In this document: positions 1 to 8,902 of the stretch, piece after piece
Numbering within the stretch: the first letter of the stretch is position 1
How the letters are laid out: each line of letters begins with the position of its first letter
Virus record (IMG/VR): IMGVR_UViG_3300044837_000188
Strand: one strand, 5' to 3'
Length of the DNA: 20,000 bases
DNA from: an uncultured virus (IMG/VR IMGVR_UViG_3300044837_000188)
Lineage: Duplodnaviria; Heunggongvirae; Uroviricota; Caudoviricetes
Made by a program: the position numbers and the translations under genes
The notes under the pieces: model-generated
What the model was told of the DNA's origin: nothing
Seen by the model: the letters and a program-made list of their open reading frames with translations, nothing else
The model's database searches: none

Positions 1-942
1 GTCGAGATCGACACCCTCCTCGCCCCCATCTGGGAGCGCGAGATGAAGATCCGGGCGACGATCTCGAACTACAAGCGCCGCGAGTCCGAGATCTTCACGA
101 CGATCGAGAAGATCAAGAAGGGCGTGAGGGTCTCCCAGGTCACCACCGCCCTGGACGGCATCGAGGTCATGGAGGACCTGGCTCGCCTCGGCCGCTTCAT
201 CGTCGCCGAGGGGAACAAGCTGGCCGCCGTTGAGGCCGAAGCCGCCCCCTACGAGGCCGAGTACACCCGCCGGGGCGGCTGGAACCGGGTCTTCCTGGCC
301 ACCAGCACCGGCGGTCACGCTCACAACGGCACCGAGTGCTCCACCTGCCACAACGGCGTCTACCGGACCGGCTTCTCCTGGCTGATCCAGTACTCCGGCA
401 AGACGGAGGGCGAGATCGTGGCCGACGCCGGAGAGCGTGCCTGCACCGCCTGCTACCCCTCCGCCCCGGTCAACGCCAAGGGCACGAAGATGTTCACGCC
501 GGACGAGGAGGAGGCCGCCAAGGCCCGCCAGGCCCGAGAGGAGGCCAAGGCGGCCAAGGCCCGCGAGGCGGCCGACAAGAGCATCACCACCCCCGAGGGC
601 GAGACGCTCTACGCCGACGCGGACAACTCCTCCTACAACAAGATCAAGAACATTCGCACCGCCGAGATCGCCGCGACGGACGCCCTCCTTGACCTGATGA
701 CCATCCAGCACCAGGCCAAGGACCCCGAGTTCGAGTGGTACTTCCAGAACGGCCGCACCGAGGCCAAGCGCACCATGGAGGCCGCGCGTCACGCCTGGTG
801 CCTGATCCGCTCGATCGCCGCCAAGAAGGGCCAGACCTTCGAGGAGACCTTCCGGGTCCACGAGAAGAAGGCCCAGGCGAAGTTCCGCAAGAACGCCCGC
901 GAGTGGGCGAAGGCCCCGCAGAACCCGAACCGCACCAAGTAG
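1..942 (+). CDS. Phage hypothetical protein with His/Cys metal-binding motifs, probably 5'-truncated by the window edge
   Basis: Frame is open from base 1 (VEIDTLLAPIWEREM...). Motifs GHAHNGTECSTC and ACTACYPSAP; coding-like GC3; stop TAG at 940-942. Confidence 0.8.
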   Translation, partial: VEIDTLLAPIWEREMKIRATISNYKRRESEIFTTIEKIKKGVRVSQVTTALDGIEVMEDLARLGRFIVAEGNKLAAVEAEAAPYEAEYTRRGGWNRVFLATSTGGHAHNGTECSTCHNGVYRTGFSWLIQYSGKTEGEIVADAGERACTACYPSAPVNAKGTKMFTPDEEEAAKARQAREEAKAAKAREAADKSITTPEGETLYADADNSSYNKIKNIRTAEIAATDALLDLMTIQHQAKDPEFEWYFQNGRTEAKRTMEAARHAWCLIRSIAAKKGQTFEETFRVHEKKAQAKFRKNAREWAKAPQNPNRTK

Positions 943-953
943 TCCCGATCACC

Positions 954-977
954 GCAGGGGCCCGAGAGGGCCCCTGC
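954..977 (+). terminator. GC-rich stem-loop (terminator or processing hairpin)
   Basis: GCAGGGGCCC-GAGA-GGGCCCCTGC: perfect 10-bp stem with a GNRA loop just after a stop codon; no U tail. Confidence 0.55.
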
Positions 978-996
978 CTCGTCCCTGGGAGGCCCC

Positions 997-1236
997 GTGG
1001 CGAAGAAGACTCCCCGCCCTGTCCCCGAGCTGTGCGAGAGCACCAAGGACCACTCCAAGCACCTCTGGAAGCCCTCCTGGGCCACCAACTGGCCCGAGGG
1101 GGCCATGTACCACTGCCGGGGCCGCGACAACGCGGAGGTCCACGAGGGCTGGAAGGCCACCTGCCGGGCGATCAAGAGGGCCAACAAGACCGGCCCCCGC
1201 AAGAAGGTCACCCGTCGGATGTCCTGGAAGGCTTGA
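997..1236 (+). CDS. Small basic hypothetical protein with Cys/His residues
   Basis: GGAGG at 988-992, GTG start; the stop TGA lies inside the -35 box of the next promoter. Confidence 0.7.
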   Translation: MAKKTPRPVPELCESTKDHSKHLWKPSWATNWPEGAMYHCRGRDNAEVHEGWKATCRAIKRANKTGPRKKVTRRMSWKA

Positions 1237-1298
1237 CGCCCCAGGAATTCCTGGAGTACCCTGACGGAGTCAAGACCATGACTCCTCAGGAGGCCACC
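1233..1298 (+). promoter_or_regulatory. Repeated promoter cassette copy 1
   Basis: TTGACG 1233-1238; 18-bp spacer containing the palindrome CCAGGAATTCCTGG; TACCCT 1257-1262; TGACGGAGTCA; GACTCCTCAGGAGG 1280-1293. Confidence 0.85.
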
Positions 1299-1517
1299 AT
1301 GAGCTACCTCTCCTCGAACCCCACCACGATCGCCGTCGCCGCAGAGCTGACGGCCCGGAACTTCAGCACCGCCGGGGATTTCGAGGACGAGGCCGAGTGC
1401 GAGACCTGCGACTACGCGGGTCTGATGGAGTTCTACGAGAACGGCGTCGAGGAGGCCGTGGCGGAGTGCCCCAAGTGCGGTGACCGGGTCGAGAAGTACA
1501 CCGGCCCGGATGCCTGA
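1299..1517 (+). CDS. Small acidic zinc-ribbon protein
   Basis: AGGAGG RBS then ATG 1299 (MSYLSSNPTT...); CETC and CPKC pairs. Confidence 0.8.
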   Translation: MSYLSSNPTTIAVAAELTARNFSTAGDFEDEAECETCDYAGLMEFYENGVEEAVAECPKCGDRVEKYTGPDA

Positions 1518-1545
1518 TTTTAAAAACCGACCCCTGGAGAGGCCT

Positions 1546-1932
1546 ATGACCGACTACCGCCGCGCATGGATCGATCTTGCCGAGAACATCAGGACGTTCG
1601 GGACCTCGGAAGAGGACCTGAGGAAGATCCTGGTGGGGATCCTGAACCTGCCTCTCGACAAAGAGCTGGTGCACGCGGCTCTGGACACCGTGGCCGACGC
1701 CCTCCTGGATGTGGTGTATCAGCCCGGGAGTGCTCGGGAGAACTGGGCCCGCCGGATCGCTCTGATCCTGGAAGGTCTTCCCGACTTCGACGTCCCCCGC
1801 TTCATGCACCACGCCACCTCGGACGACCCGGAGGGCAAGTGGTCGTTCCAGGTGGCCAACCCCGAGGGGGAGTGGTCCAGGGACCCTGATAACCCCGAGG
1901 ACTGCCTCAAGATCGATGTCGAGACCGAGTGA
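1546..1932 (+). CDS. Hypothetical protein
   Basis: GGAGAGG before ATG 1546 (alternative start 1510); coding-like composition. Confidence 0.75.
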   Translation: MTDYRRAWIDLAENIRTFGTSEEDLRKILVGILNLPLDKELVHAALDTVADALLDVVYQPGSARENWARRIALILEGLPDFDVPRFMHHATSDDPEGKWSFQVANPEGEWSRDPDNPEDCLKIDVETE

Positions 1933-1950
1933 GCTTCCCCTCACGCTGTC

Positions 1951-1980
1951 AGGGCCCGTACTCTCACCGGTACGGGCCTT
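1951..1980 (+). terminator. Stem-loop, putative intrinsic terminator
   Basis: AGGGCCCGTAC-TCTCACCG-GTACGGGCCTT, intergenic. Confidence 0.55.
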
Positions 1981-2002
1981 GTGCCGTTTCATGAGGAGGA
2001 CC

Positions 2003-2224
2003 ATGCAGATCCAGAAGGCCGTCTGGCCGGAGCGCTCGTGCCGTGAGCCCGTGTGGGGCCGGTACATGTCGTACGCCTGTGAGCTGCCGGACCTCCACCG
2101 GGGTCCGTGCGTGTCCCTCTCCGTCCAGGACTCGGTACAGCGCCGGGAGGTCTGGGAAGACCAGGAGAACCCGCAGGAGGCCCCCAGCGGGCCTGAGACG
2201 CCCCAGGAGGCAACAGCACCATGA
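2003..2224 (+). CDS. Small protein with a C...CxLxxxHxGxC motif
   Basis: GAGGAGG RBS then ATG 2003; ATGA overlap with the next gene. Confidence 0.7.
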   Translation: MQIQKAVWPERSCREPVWGRYMSYACELPDLHRGPCVSLSVQDSVQRREVWEDQENPQEAPSGPETPQEATAP

Positions 2225-2580
2225 CGACCACCGCAGACGGCTCCCAGGTGCCTACACAGGTCACCAGCGGCTACGTACAGGACACCTCGGAGGAGGTGCC
2301 GACCCAGCCGCACGGAGCGCCCATCTCCGACCCGGGTGAGGCGATCCGCAACCCGTTCGCCGGGGAAGTGAACAAGCTCAACAACTTCCTGATGACGGCG
2401 TTCCCCAACGAGATGAACCGATCGAACCTCACTACGCCGGAGACGCCGGTCGACGTGGCGATCCGGCTCCTCAAGGGGCTCAGCGTGGTCGGCGGGGGCA
2501 CCCGGTGCCCCGTGGAGTACTGCAACCTGCCGGTCAACCACGACGGCGACCACGGCTTCATCTCCTACACGCCCCGGTAG
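2221..2580 (+). CDS. Hypothetical protein with a C-terminal CxxxxCxLxxxHxGxH motif
   Basis: AGGAGG RBS; ends ...RCPVEYCNLPVNHDGDHG... Confidence 0.8.
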   Translation: MTTTADGSQVPTQVTSGYVQDTSEEVPTQPHGAPISDPGEAIRNPFAGEVNKLNNFLMTAFPNEMNRSNLTTPETPVDVAIRLLKGLSVVGGGTRCPVEYCNLPVNHDGDHGFISYTPR

Positions 2581-2593
2581 TCCAGGGGTACTG

Positions 2594-2627
2594 TGCGAGC
2601 CCCCGGCGCCTGCTGGGGGCTTTCGCA
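2594..2627 (+). terminator. Stem-loop, putative intrinsic terminator
   Basis: AGCCCCCGGC-GCCT-GCTGGGGGCT followed by TT, intergenic. Confidence 0.55.
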
Positions 2628-2638
2628 TTGGAGGAACC

Positions 2639-2995
2639 ATGGTGGTCCGCGTGAACCAGGATGGCCTGCTCGAAGCCGACTTCTTTGGCCTGAAGGCCAG
2701 GACCACCCGGCAGGGCGCCCTGCGAGGATTCGCCGTGGAAGAGGGCGACTTCGACTACCCGGCGGCCGAGGGCGAACCCCGCATGTGGACCGCGCTGGTC
2801 TTCGACGACACGGAGACGGCCCTTCTGCGCAAGGCGGCCCTGGCGGCCACGGCGCTGGCCGAGGACCAGGACACCGTGAACCTCGCGATCAAGCTCGTGG
2901 AGTTCCTCGACACCCTGGAGAATTACGCTCCTCCGGCTGAGGGCAAGGCTCTCACCGAGGACGACATTCGGGAGTTGTCGGCCGCTGGGTCTTGA
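2639..2995 (+). CDS. Hypothetical protein
   Basis: GGAGG RBS; stop TGA lies within the -35 of promoter copy 2. Confidence 0.8.
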   Translation: MVVRVNQDGLLEADFFGLKARTTRQGALRGFAVEEGDFDYPAAEGEPRMWTALVFDDTETALLRKAALAATALAEDQDTVNLAIKLVEFLDTLENYAPPAEGKALTEDDIRELSAAGS

Positions 2996-3060
2996 CGCCC
3001 CAACAATCGTTGGAGTACTTTCAGTGACGTTCCGCCAGAGACAGTCACCGGAGGTGCTCT
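2992..3060 (+). promoter_or_regulatory. Repeated promoter cassette copy 2
   Basis: TTGACG 2992-2997; 18-bp spacer with CCAAC-AATC-GTTGG; TACTTT 3016-3021; CCGCCAG box 3032-3038; GGAGG RBS. Confidence 0.85.
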
Positions 3061-3423
3061 ATGACCGCTCGATACGGTCTGCCCGACCGCCTGTTCAACC
3101 CGATCGCGTTCGCCGTACGCATCGCGTGGGAGACCTCATCGCCCAACGAGGCGTTCTACAACGGCACCGACGTACAGACCATCACGGCCCTGTGGAAGAT
3201 CCGCGTCAGCAAGGACCGCCACACGGACCTGCTGGCCCCCTGGGAGGCCGGAGAGTTGCTCCGGGTCGTCCAGGACGGCATCGAGGCCAACGCCGCCTGG
3301 CTGTCCGTGGGGGACCGGTACTTCGAGGACGACTTCCAGGATGCCCTGGACCTTGAGCTGTACGGCGAGGAGATCGTGGCGTCCCTGACCGAGATCACCG
3401 TTTCCGAGAGTCTGGTCGTATGA
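3061..3423 (+). CDS. Hypothetical protein
   Basis: First gene after the promoter; GGAGG RBS; ATGA overlap with the next gene. Confidence 0.8.
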   Translation: MTARYGLPDRLFNPIAFAVRIAWETSSPNEAFYNGTDVQTITALWKIRVSKDRHTDLLAPWEAGELLRVVQDGIEANAAWLSVGDRYFEDDFQDALDLELYGEEIVASLTEITVSESLVV

Positions 3424-3638
3424 GGATCCGTATCCGCCGGTGGCGCCAGGAGCGCCGGGACCGGAAGAAGAACGCCGCGTACAACCGTCTCCACGGCGTG
3501 GGGGCCGTCGCTCCGGCCCGGCGCAGCAGCGGGGGTTCCACGTTCGACGGGGACGACGTCGGCGAGCTGATCGTGGACGTGGCCCTGTTGATTCCCCGTG
3601 GGGTCGCGTGGGTGATCGGCCAGATCTTCAGCGACTGA
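3420..3638 (+). CDS. Small protein with a basic N-terminus and hydrophobic C-terminus (possibly membrane-associated)
   Basis: ATGA overlap; C-terminal LIVDVALLIPRGVAWVIGQIF. Confidence 0.65.
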   Translation: MRIRIRRWRQERRDRKKNAAYNRLHGVGAVAPARRSSGGSTFDGDDVGELIVDVALLIPRGVAWVIGQIFSD

Positions 3639-3641
3639 GGG

Positions 3642-3709
3642 TTGACGCCCCAGGAATCCTTGTAGTAGCCTTGACGACGTCAAGGTCAACCGACTCCCCA
3701 GGAGGACCC
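3642..3709 (+). promoter_or_regulatory. Repeated promoter cassette copy 3
   Basis: TTGACG 3642-3647; 18-bp spacer CCCCAGGAATCCTTGTAG; TAGCCT 3666-3671; palindrome CCTTGACG-A-CGTCAAGG 3669-3685; GACTCCCCAGGAGG 3692-3705. Confidence 0.87.
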
Positions 3710-4474
3710 ATGAAGCTCACCGAACTCGCCGACAAGGCCATGTACGCGTACCGGCCCAGCACGTCCGACAACCGGGCGACGCCCGCCCAGGTCGTGGAGG
3801 CCAGGCTGTGGCGCCGGGACGAGAAGTGGGACACCTGGGACGGGGAGCCGAAGCGGACGAAGCAGACGGTCGTCCACCGCGCCGTCAAGGGTGACCGCGC
3901 GGGCCGTTCGGACGGCTGGAGCGCGACCTCGTGGGCCATCGGAGTGCCGGTCCTCGTGCTGGACGCCAGGGACTACATGTGGACCACGGCTCAGGTGAAG
4001 ATCGCGGAGCTTCCGTACTTGATCTTCGCCAAGGCCTGGCACCAGATGAACCCCGACCGGCTGGTGGAGGAGGGTCACGACGGCCGCTTCACCCAGGAGT
4101 TCCCGGCCAGGACCGACGCCGAGGTCCGGATGAGCGATGGCAGCACGCAGACCTTCGCCGTGTGGCTGGAGTTCGTCCGCCCGCAGACGCTGATCCAGGA
4201 GTGGAACTCCTACATGGCGGACAAGAAGACCGCCATCGAGCGCAGTGCCGCCTTCGAGGCCGAGCGGGCCGAGAAGCAGCGGAGGGAGAACCTCAGGGCG
4301 TCCATGATCCGCAACCAGGTCGACGCCCTCCTGGGGGCGCCGGACAGCTACGACGAGAACGTTGAGCGTCCCGACCTGCACCGCAAGAGCGGTTCCACCG
4401 GTAACACCTATGAGGTCAGCGAGGAGACGCTCCGGCGGCTCATCGCGCTGGCCGAGAAGGGCAGTAGCCAGTGA
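3710..4474 (+). CDS. Hypothetical protein
   Basis: RBS then ATG 3710 (MKLTELADK...); GTGA overlap with the next gene. Confidence 0.85.
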   Translation: MKLTELADKAMYAYRPSTSDNRATPAQVVEARLWRRDEKWDTWDGEPKRTKQTVVHRAVKGDRAGRSDGWSATSWAIGVPVLVLDARDYMWTTAQVKIAELPYLIFAKAWHQMNPDRLVEEGHDGRFTQEFPARTDAEVRMSDGSTQTFAVWLEFVRPQTLIQEWNSYMADKKTAIERSAAFEAERAEKQRRENLRASMIRNQVDALLGAPDSYDENVERPDLHRKSGSTGNTYEVSEETLRRLIALAEKGSSQ

Positions 4475-5196
4475 CGACAGCTATTTCGCGAGCCTCGGTC
4501 CCTGTGACCGGGGCTCGCCCCGTGAAGGGCCCCTCCCGCGCGGAGCGGGCCAAGGCGAGGTCCCAGAACGCCTTCCGGAAGATCGGCTCCTACGTCCGCG
4601 TACGGATGGAGTCCGTCCAGGAGGGCGACATCATCTCCACTCCGGAGGGCACCTTCTGCATCGTGCGGAAGGAGCACTCCTTCCGGGGCTCGATGATGTC
4701 CGTTCGCGACGTGGTCAGCCGCAACGTCCACCGCATGCGCTTCGAGCCCAAGGGATGGGCCCTGCGCGTCAAGATCGAGGACGTCAAGGACCAGGGGCGC
4801 AATTGGACGATCTCTCCCGGGGACGTCGTGATGCTCATGGCCGACCGGCCCAAGAACGCGATCATCCTGATCCGGCACACGAGGGTCTGGATGCCCAGCA
4901 AGGCGCCCTGGCTCCCTATGGGGGACGCGGAAGTCCTCCTGGAGCTGAGGGAGGGCCGTGCGAGGGTCCTGCGCAACTCCTGGCACCCGCCCGAGCCCAA
5001 GGTGCCCGAGAGCCTGCCTCTGGGCACCGTGGTGGCCACGAAGGACCGCAAGGACCGCGAGCCCTCGGTGTACCTGCATTCCGGACCTGACCTGTGGGTC
5101 AGTAATTCCCGGGGCGCCAACCTCTCCACCGCCATGATCCGTTACGGACTGGCCCGCCGGACCTACGAGGTCCTCAAGTCTCCGGAGATTGGATGA
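4471..5196 (+). CDS. Basic hypothetical protein
   Basis: GTGA and ATGA overlaps at the two ends; coding-like GC3. Confidence 0.8.
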   Translation: MTTAISRASVPVTGARPVKGPSRAERAKARSQNAFRKIGSYVRVRMESVQEGDIISTPEGTFCIVRKEHSFRGSMMSVRDVVSRNVHRMRFEPKGWALRVKIEDVKDQGRNWTISPGDVVMLMADRPKNAIILIRHTRVWMPSKAPWLPMGDAEVLLELREGRARVLRNSWHPPEPKVPESLPLGTVVATKDRKDREPSVYLHSGPDLWVSNSRGANLSTAMIRYGLARRTYEVLKSPEIG

Positions 5197-5720
5197 GCTA
5201 CTACACCAAGCAGGGGGAGAGGGAGAACCGACTCCCTCACCTCCTGGTGGCGACGATCGACACCCACTGGAACTCCGGCATCAAGTGGGTGATCCAGTGC
5301 CCCTACGAGGCCGACGGCAAGGCCGAGGGGTGCGGGATCGTCGAGGAGTGCAACGGCACCCCGGACGACGTGGTCAAGTGGGACTGCCTGCTCTTCCCGG
5401 AGTCGCCGAGCGACCGGGCCGCCTTCGCCGGGCTGAGCGACGAGGACCGCGCGGCGGCCTGGTCGGAGTTCGAGGCCAAGCGCGAGGTCTGGGACGAGGT
5501 CCACGACTGGAACCGCTGGCACCGCACCACCAAGTGCTGGTACGCCCACGTCGCCATTCCGAACTCCGACTTCGATCCGGAGTACTTCCTCGCGGACATC
5601 CCGCGAGACACACCGATCAACGGACCGCTGAAGGTCCTGGTCGGCTACGAGGGGTCCGACGAGGACACCGAGCCCAAGTTCCGACTGTGGGAGGAGCCCG
5701 ATGGCGCCCAGACGAGTTGA
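5193..5720 (+). CDS. Acidic hypothetical protein with several Cys
   Basis: GGAG RBS and ATGA overlap. Confidence 0.8.
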   Translation: MSYYTKQGERENRLPHLLVATIDTHWNSGIKWVIQCPYEADGKAEGCGIVEECNGTPDDVVKWDCLLFPESPSDRAAFAGLSDEDRAAAWSEFEAKREVWDEVHDWNRWHRTTKCWYAHVAIPNSDFDPEYFLADIPRDTPINGPLKVLVGYEGSDEDTEPKFRLWEEPDGAQTS

Positions 5721-6018
5721 ACCGCACCTGTACTCCGACACCCCCGTCTTCCGGGCGATGCTCTACGAGCGGGATGGCCGCTACCCGGGCACCCCTGAGG
5801 GCGAGGAGGAGCTTCCGGAGGTCATCCTGACCCAGGAGGTCCCCGAGGACGTCCAGGACGTCCAGGCGCCCGCTGAGGGCCTTCTGAACCGCGTGGTCCC
5901 CGTGGCCCTGATGAACCTCCCGGCGGTCATGCCGGTCTTCCCCGAGCCCGAGCGGTCCGCCGAGAAGACCCAGGCCATGCCGCTTCCGCTCTTCGTCGAC
6001 CACGACGACGAGGCCTAG
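5701..6018 (+). CDS. Acidic Pro-rich hypothetical protein
   Basis: GGAGGAG upstream of ATG 5701. Confidence 0.7.
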   Translation: MAPRRVEPHLYSDTPVFRAMLYERDGRYPGTPEGEEELPEVILTQEVPEDVQDVQAPAEGLLNRVVPVALMNLPAVMPVFPEPERSAEKTQAMPLPLFVDHDDEA

Positions 6019-6035
6019 GCACCCTGTAGTACAGG

Positions 6036-6440
6036 GTGCTACAGTCCAGAGAGATCCCGCCGACCTCGGAGTTTCCCGTGTTCGACCTGAACTCGTACGA
6101 GAAGAACATCGCTCAGTTCTCGTTCCCCTTCATCAACACGGAGCATGAATACCGGGACATCAAGGTGGTCCGGCGGGGACGGCTCAGCGACGACTCCTGG
6201 GCGATCGTGGACGAGCCCTGGTGTTACCAGCCCAGGGGCCGCAGGTGGGCCTACGAGCGGCTCCCGAGCAGCCGGACGGACAAGTTCCTGAAGGCTTCCC
6301 GGATGCCGCTCGCCGAGGCCCTCCCGCTGGCCGAGAAGCTCGCCAGGAGCAAGGCCCGCCAGTGGGAGAAGCGCCTTGTCCGGATGATCGCCCGCCAGGA
6401 GGCCGTAGCCGCTGCGAAGGCCAAGGAGGCCAGCGAGTGA
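6036..6440 (+). CDS. Hypothetical protein
   Basis: GTG start uncertain; motif WAYERLPSSRTDKF; GTGA overlap with the next gene. Confidence 0.75.
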   Translation: MLQSREIPPTSEFPVFDLNSYEKNIAQFSFPFINTEHEYRDIKVVRRGRLSDDSWAIVDEPWCYQPRGRRWAYERLPSSRTDKFLKASRMPLAEALPLAEKLARSKARQWEKRLVRMIARQEAVAAAKAKEASE

Positions 6441-7123
6441 ACGAAGTGCTGTTGAAGGGGATCGTGGGGAGCACCGCCTACGGTCTCGCCCATGAGGGGT
6501 CCGACGTGGATTACCTGGGCGTGTTCGCGGCTCCCACGCGAGAGGTTCTTGGTCTGCATCCCGGCAAGGAGTCGGTGGTCCACAAGGACCCGGACACGAC
6601 CCTCCACGAGGCGAAGAAGTTCGTCCAGCTCGTCCTGAACGGCAACCCCTCGGTCTCCGAGCTGCTGTGGCTGGACACCTACGAGCAGCGCACGTACCTG
6701 GGCGCCCATCTGGTCGAAATCCGCAAGGCGTTCCTGTCGGCCCCGCGTGTGCGGGATGCCTACATGGGCTACGCCACGTCCCAGTTCGGCCGCCTGATCG
6801 CGCGGGGAGACGGATCCTTCTCCGCCGACACCAGGAAGCGCACCGAGAAGCACGCGCGGCACCTGGTGCGACTGGTGGAGCAGGGCTTCCACCTGTACAT
6901 CTCGGGTGAACTACTGGTGAACGTGACCGGCTTCCTGGAGCCCGAGTGGGTCTTCCAGATGGGCCGCAACATCGCCGACGACCCCAAGAGGGGCGCCGAG
7001 TACATGGTGAATGCCCAGCAGAAGTTCGATGGCGCGCGGAGCTGTCTGCCGGGGTATCCCGACGAGGAGCCCGTCGAGAAGTGGCTCATGGAGGTCCGGG
7101 AGAAGTACTGGACCGCGAAGTAA
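6437..7123 (+). CDS. DNA polymerase beta superfamily nucleotidyltransferase (RlaP/YcgL-like)
   Basis: AAGGAGG RBS, GTG 6437. GSxAYG...SDxD motif (GSTAYGLAHEGSDVDYLGVF), GNPSVSELLW and KHARHLVRL are typical of this family. Confidence 0.85.
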   Translation: MNEVLLKGIVGSTAYGLAHEGSDVDYLGVFAAPTREVLGLHPGKESVVHKDPDTTLHEAKKFVQLVLNGNPSVSELLWLDTYEQRTYLGAHLVEIRKAFLSAPRVRDAYMGYATSQFGRLIARGDGSFSADTRKRTEKHARHLVRLVEQGFHLYISGELLVNVTGFLEPEWVFQMGRNIADDPKRGAEYMVNAQQKFDGARSCLPGYPDEEPVEKWLMEVREKYWTAK

Positions 7124-7155
7124 AGATCATCCCGCCAGAGATCAAGGAGGCCGCA

Positions 7156-7452
7156 ATGGCCGAAGCACTGACCGACCTGGAGCGCCGGGTCTTCTCCCGG
7201 TTCGCCAACTTCCGGCGGGCCAGCGGAGAGCCGATCGACCAGCAGGACCTGATCGATCTCGCCAAGCTGGCCGTGGACACCCTCACGACCGGCTCCGCGT
7301 CCGGCCGCCGTCTGCGGGCCATGGACCGCCGCGAGCGGTCCCCGGGCTGCACGCCGGACAAGATTCGGTTGCTCGCCCGTACGATCGAGGACACCTTCAC
7401 GGACATGCCGAACGGCTGGGTCCGGGCGGAGCCGGGGAAGACGTATGACTGA
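7156..7452 (+). CDS. Hypothetical protein
   Basis: AAGGAGG then ATG 7156 (MAEALTDLERR...). Confidence 0.75.
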   Translation: MAEALTDLERRVFSRFANFRRASGEPIDQQDLIDLAKLAVDTLTTGSASGRRLRAMDRRERSPGCTPDKIRLLARTIEDTFTDMPNGWVRAEPGKTYD

Positions 7453-7975
7453 GCTGCGGAAGCCCATCACGTGGCCGGAGATCCCTCGTGACGGGCAGAC
7501 CTCGGGGATCCTGGGATGGCCGACGCTCTACCGGGATCTCGCCGTGATGCGGGAGGACCGGTGGACCAAGTGGTGCCGCCAGTACGAGGCCGACCCCGAG
7601 GACTTCTACGTCGCCTGGTACTGGGTCGAGCACCACCCCGTCTTCTGGTACCACGGCCGTCACGGTCCGCACGAGTCCACCCTCTGTTCCGACCGAGGAG
7701 TGGACGAGGGGCTGGAGTTCCGTCCGGCCAAGGTCAATCCGAAGAATCTGAAGATCTCGAAAACAAAGGCGAAGAACACCCTGCTCCAGATCTGGGTCGA
7801 GGTGTTTCCCACGTCCATGAGTCCGGGATCGCTGAACACGAACCGGCTCCACGACATCGACTGCGACACCGGCGCCGGTACGTACGAAGAGGCCGTCATC
7901 GCGGTCGCCAAGGAGATCTACGAGCACCACGGGAACGACCGTGTGGCCCTGGAGGCGAAGTGGAAGAGCGCGTAG
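7445..7975 (+). CDS. Trp/His-rich hypothetical protein
   Basis: 8-bp overlap with the upstream gene; coding-like composition. Confidence 0.8.
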   Translation: MTELRKPITWPEIPRDGQTSGILGWPTLYRDLAVMREDRWTKWCRQYEADPEDFYVAWYWVEHHPVFWYHGRHGPHESTLCSDRGVDEGLEFRPAKVNPKNLKISKTKAKNTLLQIWVEVFPTSMSPGSLNTNRLHDIDCDTGAGTYEEAVIAVAKEIYEHHGNDRVALEAKWKSA

Positions 7976-8271
7976 GGGAAGGGCCTCCGGAGGCGTGGCC
8001 CGATTACGCCAAGGTGGCCTGGGACCTCGGCTACAACCAGGGCCACAAAGAGGCTGAGCTGGCTGTCCCGCCCGTCATCCTGCGCCGGTTGTTCTGGTGG
8101 TCCAAGGACTCTCTGTCGTTCCCCTGGAAGCCCGTGTACTGGAGCTTCGACGAGTACTGCAATCGCGTTCTGGGCCTGAGGGTCTGGAACGGTGTCCTCT
8201 TCGTTCGAACCGGCCGCCGCGTTCGGCTCCTGCCCCATTCCGCCTGTGAGACCTGCAAGGAGTCGCGATGA
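7960..8271 (+). CDS. Hypothetical protein with a C-terminal CxxC
   Basis: GGAGG 7951-7955 then GTG 7960; ATGA overlap with the next gene. Confidence 0.65.
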   Translation: MEERVGEGPPEAWPDYAKVAWDLGYNQGHKEAELAVPPVILRRLFWWSKDSLSFPWKPVYWSFDEYCNRVLGLRVWNGVLFVRTGRRVRLLPHSACETCKESR

Positions 8272-8552
8272 CCAACCGCGTCAGCATCGAACTGTCCCTG
8301 GACCAGCTCGCCGAGGAACTGGCCGACTGGTCCATGGACGACCTGATGGAGCTGCTCAAGACGGTCGACGAGAAGAAGTCCGAGTGGGACTTCGTCGTGA
8401 AGATCAAGGGCTGGGCCGACATCGAGCACAAGAAGATGGCGGCCGAGGAGCTGGAGGACAAGGCCCTCCGCGAAGAGCGGTGCCAGACCTCCGCCGAATA
8501 CCCTGATCTCCACTTCCACGTGGACCCGCACCGGAACTGCATTCTGCGGTGA
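8268..8552 (+). CDS. Acidic helical protein with a C-terminal C...HxxPHxxC motif
   Basis: AAGGAG RBS; overlaps at both ends. Confidence 0.8.
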   Translation: MTNRVSIELSLDQLAEELADWSMDDLMELLKTVDEKKSEWDFVVKIKGWADIEHKKMAAEELEDKALREERCQTSAEYPDLHFHVDPHRNCILR

Positions 8553-8902
8553 CCTACCTGCCCGCCCCGACAGCCCGTCCCTTCCTGGGGCGGGCCTTCG
8601 GCCGTCTCCTGAGAGGGAACTTCATGAGCACCGTCGATGACCGCCACGTCATCACTCCCGCCGGACGGACGGAGGAGACCCTCGCCTGGCTGGAGGGGAG
8701 AGGGTACAGAGCAGGGCTCATCGGGCCCTCGTACGAGGCTGCCGAGTACTCCATGACCGGGAGCCCCCAGGGTCCGTTCATGGGCGGCACGAAGCTCGTG
8801 GGGAAGGCCGGGGTCGTCTTCGGCAGGAAGAACGAGCCGATGATCATTGCCCAGATCGGTGACGTGTTGATCTACGACGGCGTGGATGTGGAGATCGAAT
8901 GA
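8549..8902 (+). CDS. Hypothetical protein, paralog of the next gene
   Basis: GTGA overlap (alternative start 8624); shares WLxxRGYR and GxVFxRKNEP...GDxLxYDG with 8899-9120. Confidence 0.8.
   Translation: MTYLPAPTARPFLGRAFGRLLRGNFMSTVDDRHVITPAGRTEETLAWLEGRGYRAGLIGPSYEAAEYSMTGSPQGPFMGGTKLVGKAGVVFGRKNEPMIIAQIGDVLIYDGVDVEIE

Noticed and set aside
735..1298. Upstream extensions of ORFs 735-1517, 3440-4474, 6221-7123, 7516-8271, 14299-15102 and 18046-18729
   Set aside because: They overlap other genes or promoters; internal RBS-supported or coupled starts were used instead.
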